Source: Sphaerodactylus townsendi | Taxonomy: Eukaryota | DNA length: 64,000 bases | Reading direction: 5' to 3' | Assembly (NCBI RefSeq): GCF_021028975.2 | Contig: NC_059440.1 | Coordinates: forward strand, 10,912,001-10,976,000 | Part shown: piece after piece, positions 58,101-64,000 of the stretch | How the letters are laid out: every line of letters begins with the position of its first letter | Position numbering within the stretch: the stretch's first letter is position 1 | Translations under genes and position numbers: made by a program | Notes under the pieces: model-generated | Database searches by the model: none | The model's input: only the letters and a program-made list of their open reading frames with translations | Told to the model about the DNA's origin: nothing

Positions 58101-61100
58101 AGCCCTGCATAGAGTGAATTGCAGTGGTCTAACTGGGAGGTGACTATTACATGGATGACTGTGGCTAGATCAACCTGGGATGGATAAGACGCCAACTGCT
58201 TTACGTGATGTACACGGTAAAAAGCCATGTGAGCAATGTGTGTTACCTGGGCCTTCATCATTGAGGAGGCATCAAGGTACACACCCAGGCTCTTTACAAC
58301 CTGCATAGTGTTAAGGTGTGTACCATCCAGAGCTGGCATCTGACAACCCTGCCCTGCCCCCTGCCGACCCAGCCACAGAACTTCCATCTTAGTTGTATTT
58401 AATTTCAGTTGGCTGTCTTGCAGCCACTCCACCACAGCCTTCAAACCACTGGCCAGAGTATCTGGAACATAATGTATGATACTCTTGCCCAGACTTCGGA
58501 AGGTAGTTGTGGGAATTCTACCCCTCTGCTGTGGATCACATGTCTCCTTCCATTAGACTTTTTGTTGTTCTTGTTATCATCAGTGTCTCTATTTTTAATA
58601 CCTAATTCCGTTCGGAAAGAATAGCTGCTACTGTGTGTGTTGAGGGGCCAAGATGGGGATGGCTGTGGTGTGATTATGGAGCAGCTCATGGCCAGAAGAA
58701 ATCCAAGATGGTTTTGTGCCTTGTAAAACTGTTCCTATTCTTGCTCCTCAGTCTCAGAGATCTCAGACAGAAGCTGTGACTTTCTTAGCCAACCACGATG
58801 ACAGCAGAGCCCTCTATGCAATACCAGGTGAGTAAGTGGCCATTCTGGTCAGGGAGGCCTCAGAGATGTGTCTGTCTACCTTCTGTGTAAACTCCTGCCA
58901 CCCACAGCCTGCATCCAGGAGCTCAGATAAGGATCCAGATCTGAACCATTGTATAAAGTCCTTACCAGCAGCACTCCAGATTGTGCCATGAAGCAGAGGT
59001 TTATTTTTATTCATTAATTACATATTTGTAATCTGCTTTCCTCCATGGCTGAAGGTCGCTGACAACCTCAACTTTAAAATAGACACAATCCCCACAACAT
59101 CCCTTCCCCACATGCTAGCTGCCTACAACCACCAAAAGCCCTGGCAAATGAAATAGACTTGCAAGTATCCCCTCTGCATACAGTGTACAAATACATACCT
59201 GGGAGCCTATTTCATAGGGAGCGAGCTAAGCTGGAAGAAGCACGGGCTCCGGTTGATGCTCAGTGGGGCAATTTAAGTGGGGGTGGGGAACAGCTTGCGT
59301 TTGGCAGCCTGCAGGCATGACTCATGCGCAGGACAGGGTCCTCGGCCCTGATGGGCTTGTAAGGTCATAACCAGCATCTTGGATTAAACTTGGAAACAAA
59401 TTTGGCAGTCCATAAAGATGTCTTAAGGTCAACAGGAGATATTGCCATCACCTAGACCTGACGAGAACTGGGTTCTGAACCAGCTGAGTTTCTGACTTAT
59501 CTATAAGAGCAGCCCAATGTCGAGTTCCTTACAATAATCCAGCCATGAAGTTACAGAAGCAGGGATGGTTCACTTGCCAGGTGCTGTCCCTTTATGTGCC
59601 CAGGACCAATTTTTCTGCTTGTGCCAATGATGTCGTTGCTGCTTCTCCAGGTGTCACACACATTTCTTTTGGGATTTCCCCTCCAGGACTTGACTATGTC
59701 AGCCACGAAGACATCCTTCCGTACACATCCACTGATCAAGTGCCCATTCAGCACGAACTGTTTGAACGGTTCCTCTTGTACGATCAGACAAAAGGTACCT
59801 TTTTTGCTCTGGGGAAAGCTGCTGAGATCTGTGGCAAGAATGCTTAGAACAGGACACTGAGCTCGCTGGGAATGCTTTCCAGGAGGAAGAGGGTACTTCC
59901 CCCAGTGGCTTCTGGAGGCAGGGCTAAGTAGGCAGACTTCCTGTTTCTTCTGGTAGGGACTTTGAAATGCTCTTGAGGTGCTTTGAAAAATCCCCTGCTA
60001 ACTTTGTGGCAGAATTTGGCCCAAAAGAAGAGGGGGAGAGTGTCGGGTTTCCCTCAGCCTAAAACTGACCCGAGCCCTGGAGGGCAGAATAAAGAAAACA
60101 CTGCTCACCCGCCAAGCCCAAGATGGGTGGGACAGGGTGGCTTCCTGTCTACTGAGGCCCAGACTGTGTTCCAATCCCCAGTAATGGAAAGAGGGAAATA
60201 TCCTGGGAAGGGATTTTGGGATGCCCCCCCCCCCCCCCACACACACACTCTTTTCTTCCTTGGTGGATATTTCTGGATACAGCATTTGCTGTTCGGATGC
60301 TGGGCTCACATGCAGCTCAGTGCTACATAGTGATAGAAGCTGAGCCCCAAGTCCCAGCCTTACAGACGCCCTTTCCTGGACAGATGGTAGGGACTCCTGG
60401 AATCAGGTGGACAGCCGCACCATCTGTCATGCAACTGACGCAGGGAGAGCTGCCCTCTTGTGGGGCTCTCTGCTCATTACAGTCTGGCTGGTTTTCGGTT
60501 CGCCTTTTTCACCTCTCTTCCATCCCCAGACAGAATTGTACTTGGTGGCTCTGCTAGGAGTAGTAATGGGCGGGGGACATGGCACAGGCAAGGTTAGTTC
60601 TAGGAGGGGAAGTCTTAGTCTTCTCTCCCCACTACCCTGGAGAAGATGCCCCCTTCTACTGAAAGAGGACAGAACAGCAGAACCCTGTCATTCTTGTTGA
60701 TAACGAAAGTAGTCTATTGGGAGGGTCTCCAGGGAGGCCTTGACACTTTCTGTACTGAAGCAGTTTTCCTTGGGGACCCCTTTGCAGTTCCACCCTTCGT
60801 GGCGAGGGATACGCTGTGTGCTTGGCAGGAGAAAAACCATCCCTGGCTGGAACTCTCTGACGTGCACCGAGAAACCACCGAAAACATCCGTGTAACGGTC
60901 ATCCCTTTCTACATGGGCATGCGAGTAAGTGCTGGGCTTGACACCAATTGACTCTTCTTCCAGGCTTCGGTATAAAAGTTTGTGTGCTTGCAACTGAAGA
61001 AATGCGGCCTTATTGGCTGTGGATCCCACACTCCAACAGCTAAGTGGTAGAGTCAGGTTGCAAAGGCACTGCAGAGAGAGCTTCTCTACAGACTTTGCAA

Positions 61101-63475
61101 CTGTTGGAAAGAGAAATGTAGAAGTAGAAGAGTTGAATTTATACCCCCCTTTCTCTCCTACAAGAGAGAAAACAAACTCCTTTCCCTTCCCCCCCTCACA
61201 ACAAACACCCTGTGAGGTAGGTGGGGCTGAGAGAGCTCCAAAGAACTGTGACTAGCCCAAGGTCACCCAGCTGGTGTGTGTTGGAGTGCACAGGCTAATC
61301 TGAATTCCCCAGATAAGCCTCCACAGCTCAAGCGGCAGAGCGGGGAATCAAACCCGGTTCCTCCAGATTAGAGTACACCTGCTCTTAACCACTACGCCAC
61401 TGCTGCTCCTGGCCTGTACTGGCCTGTTTCCAGTTTGGGCAGGCTGGCAAGGGCTCGAAAAGATGTTCATGGCTCTTTGCACTGCCAGAGTCCTCCCTGA
61501 GTCTTCCCTTACCTGGCCAAAGCTTGGTAGAAGTTAAGGACTGTCTAGCTGGGAACAGTTAGGTTCTGACAGGCCAGTGACTTTGGAAGCTCATTGATTC
61601 CTGGTAGCTGGCATTCAGGTGCTGTACATGGGGGCCCACTTTAGGAGCCCTGGCTAAAGCTTGATTTGTTGCATGTCTCCCCGCAGATGTGGGATTTATG
61701 AATTCCTTGGTATTCATTTAGTCCGCCTGGGGTGGTCCTTGCCTTAGCAGCAGAGGAGTTCAACATATGACACAAGTCCTTTCTCTTTCTTTACAGGAAG
61801 CCCAGAATTCCCACGTCTACTGGGTAAGTCTTTTTTTTAATGGGTTTTTTGTGCTGACAGGCCAAGGAGGGCAGGGAAGGAGTCCCCAGCAACACACAAC
61901 CATTGTGCTGCCAAGCCCTGGCTTTCGCTCTCATTGCGATTCACCTTCCCTCCCATTCTCCCTCTCATTCAGTGGCGCTACTGTATCCGCCTGGAGAATC
62001 TGGACAACGAAGTGGTGCAGCTCCGCGAAAGGCATTGGCGGATATTCAGCTTGTCTGGCACGCTGGAGACTGTGCGTGGTCGGGGTGTCGTGGGACGAGT
62101 GAGTGTGAGAGCGGACTGTCTGAAGGGAGGAGAGGGCCTCCTCCCTTCGTAAGCGCAGAGCTCACCTGGCATCTCAGTTCCTCTGAGTATCAGCCGAGTT
62201 CTGGCAACCCTTGGGCCCCTTCTGCACATACAGAATAATGCACTTTCAATCCACTTTCACAATTGTTTGCAAGTGGATTTTGCTATTTCATATAGTAAAA
62301 TCCAGCTTCAAAGTGCATTGAAAGTGAATTGAAAGTGCCTTATTCTGCATGTGTGGAAGGGGCCTTGGGGACTTCTGTAGCAAGGACTGTTTTGGTTCTC
62401 TCAGGGATTTGGAATGGAATTGTGCATGGATGCACTGACCTCTGCTGGTGACAGGGCAGGAGGGGGATGCAATAGTGTGGGGAAGGCAAGGTGGGGATTG
62501 AAAGCGGTGTCTCTTGCACGCTGGGCAGGAAGATCCCATGTCACAGTCATCTGTTCTGAAGGTGTTTTGTCTCCTCAGGAGCCAGTCCTGTCCAAAGAGC
62601 AGCCAGCCTTCCAGTACAGCAGTCACGTCTCCTTGCAGGCATCCAGCGGCCACATGTGGTAAGGAATTTGTGAATCAAAAAAAAAAACACACACACACAG
62701 CAGAGCTGCAAGGCTCTGTGGGAAGCAGGCTTCCTGAGAGATAAGCTGGCCAGGGGTGTGGGAACATGTGATCAGGGCCAGCCTCTTTAATGCCTTGAAT
62801 TCCCAGGAGCAGCTTCCTTCTCCTCCATGTCATAAAGTTGCTAGAATAACTTGTCCTTGCGAAAAGGAGCCCTAGAGAGAAATTTTCCATGTTCCTTGCA
62901 GAGGCATAGGGGGCAAAATGGTACCCACCCGCACGGGGCCCTCATCCCCCCCACGGCCCCCCACCCCCACTTACCTTAGTTCCTCTCTCCTGCAGGCTGG
63001 TGGGAACTTACCTTCCCAGGAGCAAGGTATCTGGGATGTGTAGTTCTCACCAGGCTGCAGGAGAGAGGAATTTCCTGGTGGGAAGAGAGAGAAACTAAGG
63101 GGCAGGAGAGAGGAACTAAGATAAGTGGGCGTGGGGGGAGGGGTCGGGGAGCAATTTTCCGCCCCCACCAGAGCTTGCCCGGTGAACCCCCCCTCCTGTC
63201 CCCTTATAGCTCCGCCACTGATTCCTTGTAAAGTGGGGTTAGGGAGGGGTGTGTGTGGAGGGTCATAGCATATTGCACTGTTCCTTTTCTCCCTGGTCTC
63301 TTGAATGTTTACCGATATAAACTGCCAGCCCTTCACTCTAGTCTTTGCTTGGCACCGTAGGGGCACTTTCCGCTTTGAACGGCCTGATGGTTCTCACTTC
63401 GATGTCCGAATCCCACCCTTCTCTCTGGAAAGCAACAAGGACGAGAAGACGCCCCCTTCTGGTCTCCACTGGTAG
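54877..63475 (+). CDS. POLDIP2: Polymerase delta-interacting protein 2 (PDIP38; presequence, YccV-like and ApaG/DUF525 domains); 11 exons, 371 aa
   Basis: Exons 54877-55046, 55960-56041, 56751-56848, 57704-57800, 58752-58827, 59687-59794, 60788-60924, 61797-61823, 61973-62098, 62579-62658, 63361-63475; total 1116 nt in frame. Motifs RNRPEGKVLETVGVF, WWRYCIRLEN, VRGRGVVGREP; ends PPSGLHW. Confidence 0.97.
55409..55701 (-). mobile_element. Squam3-like SINE
   Basis: Full-length copy. Confidence 0.8.
57980..58445 (-). mobile_element. L2-type LINE RT C-terminal fragment
   Basis: ORF 57983-58444: WLQDSQLKLNTTKMEVL...VKSLGVYLD...SQLDHCNSLYAG. Confidence 0.8.
61119..61409 (-). mobile_element. Squam3-like SINE
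   Basis: Full-length copy. Confidence 0.8.
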
Positions 63476-64000
63476 AGCCGTCCTCAGGAAACCAGGCTCC
63501 CCAGGAACGCGCCCACCTTTTTTCAAAGGCTGAAAAGGATTGTGTTTTTAAAAACATTTTGATCCCACCTTCCCTTGTTTTTTTACCAACTATTGAGAGA
63601 TTTATGGGGCTCGGTGGGGTGTGGGAAGAGTTTGGAGCTGTTAAATCTGACTCGCTGTGGCTGCTTGGCCCCATGAACCCTTTCCCCACCCTAGCTGTGC
63701 AAGCTGGGGTCTCCAGAGACCCCAACTGCTATGAATGGAGCCCGTAAAGGCCTACTGGCTGTGAACCATTGGAAATGTGAAGTCCCACCCAAATGAAGAC
63801 ATCATCCCCAGTGGTAGGCCAGTCTTCCATCATAGCCCCAAGACGTTGCTGTCTTCCCCATTTCTAGCTTCCTCCCGCTCTCGGAGGTGGTGTCATATTA
63901 AAAGGTTGGAGGTTGGGAATGGTAAGAATAGGGAAATATCCCAACTGCTGTATCCCACCTCTCACTGCAAAGCTGAAGCATCCCTTTTAGATACTGGGTA

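Noticed and set aside
1-64000. CRISPR array or prokaryote-type TIR defence system suggested by repeats plus a TIR NADase
   Set aside because: The DNA is intron-containing vertebrate sequence; the repeats are dispersed TEs without repeat-spacer periodicity, and the TIR belongs to SARM1.

Overview
Vertebrate genomic DNA, almost certainly a squamate and probably a gecko, judged from the dense Squam3-like tRNA SINEs, CR1/L2 LINE ends, Penelope fragments and hAT MITEs. It has five N-gaps. It holds the conserved syntenic block seen on human 17q11.2: SLC46A1(+), SARM1(-), VTN(+), SEBOX(+), TMEM199(-), POLDIP2(+). I rebuilt all six CDSs by hand, exon by exon; each splices in frame from ATG to stop. 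No unknown protein-coding system was found. The most interesting signals are: (1) Penelope-derived minimal hammerhead ribozyme motifs, with one intact copy antisense in SLC46A1 intron 2 while sense-oriented intronic copies are broken; (2) a GC-AG intron in SARM1 whose weak donor lies immediately before the catalytic TIR glutamate codon and is followed by a CA-repeat; (3) two SARM1 splice acceptors whose pyrimidine tracts are retroelement 3' tails; (4) a dense cluster of K50-homeodomain (Otx/Crx-type) sites just 3' of SEBOX; (5) a TMEM199/POLDIP2 bidirectional promoter split by MITEs. Repeat boundaries are approximate unless a TSD is quoted.
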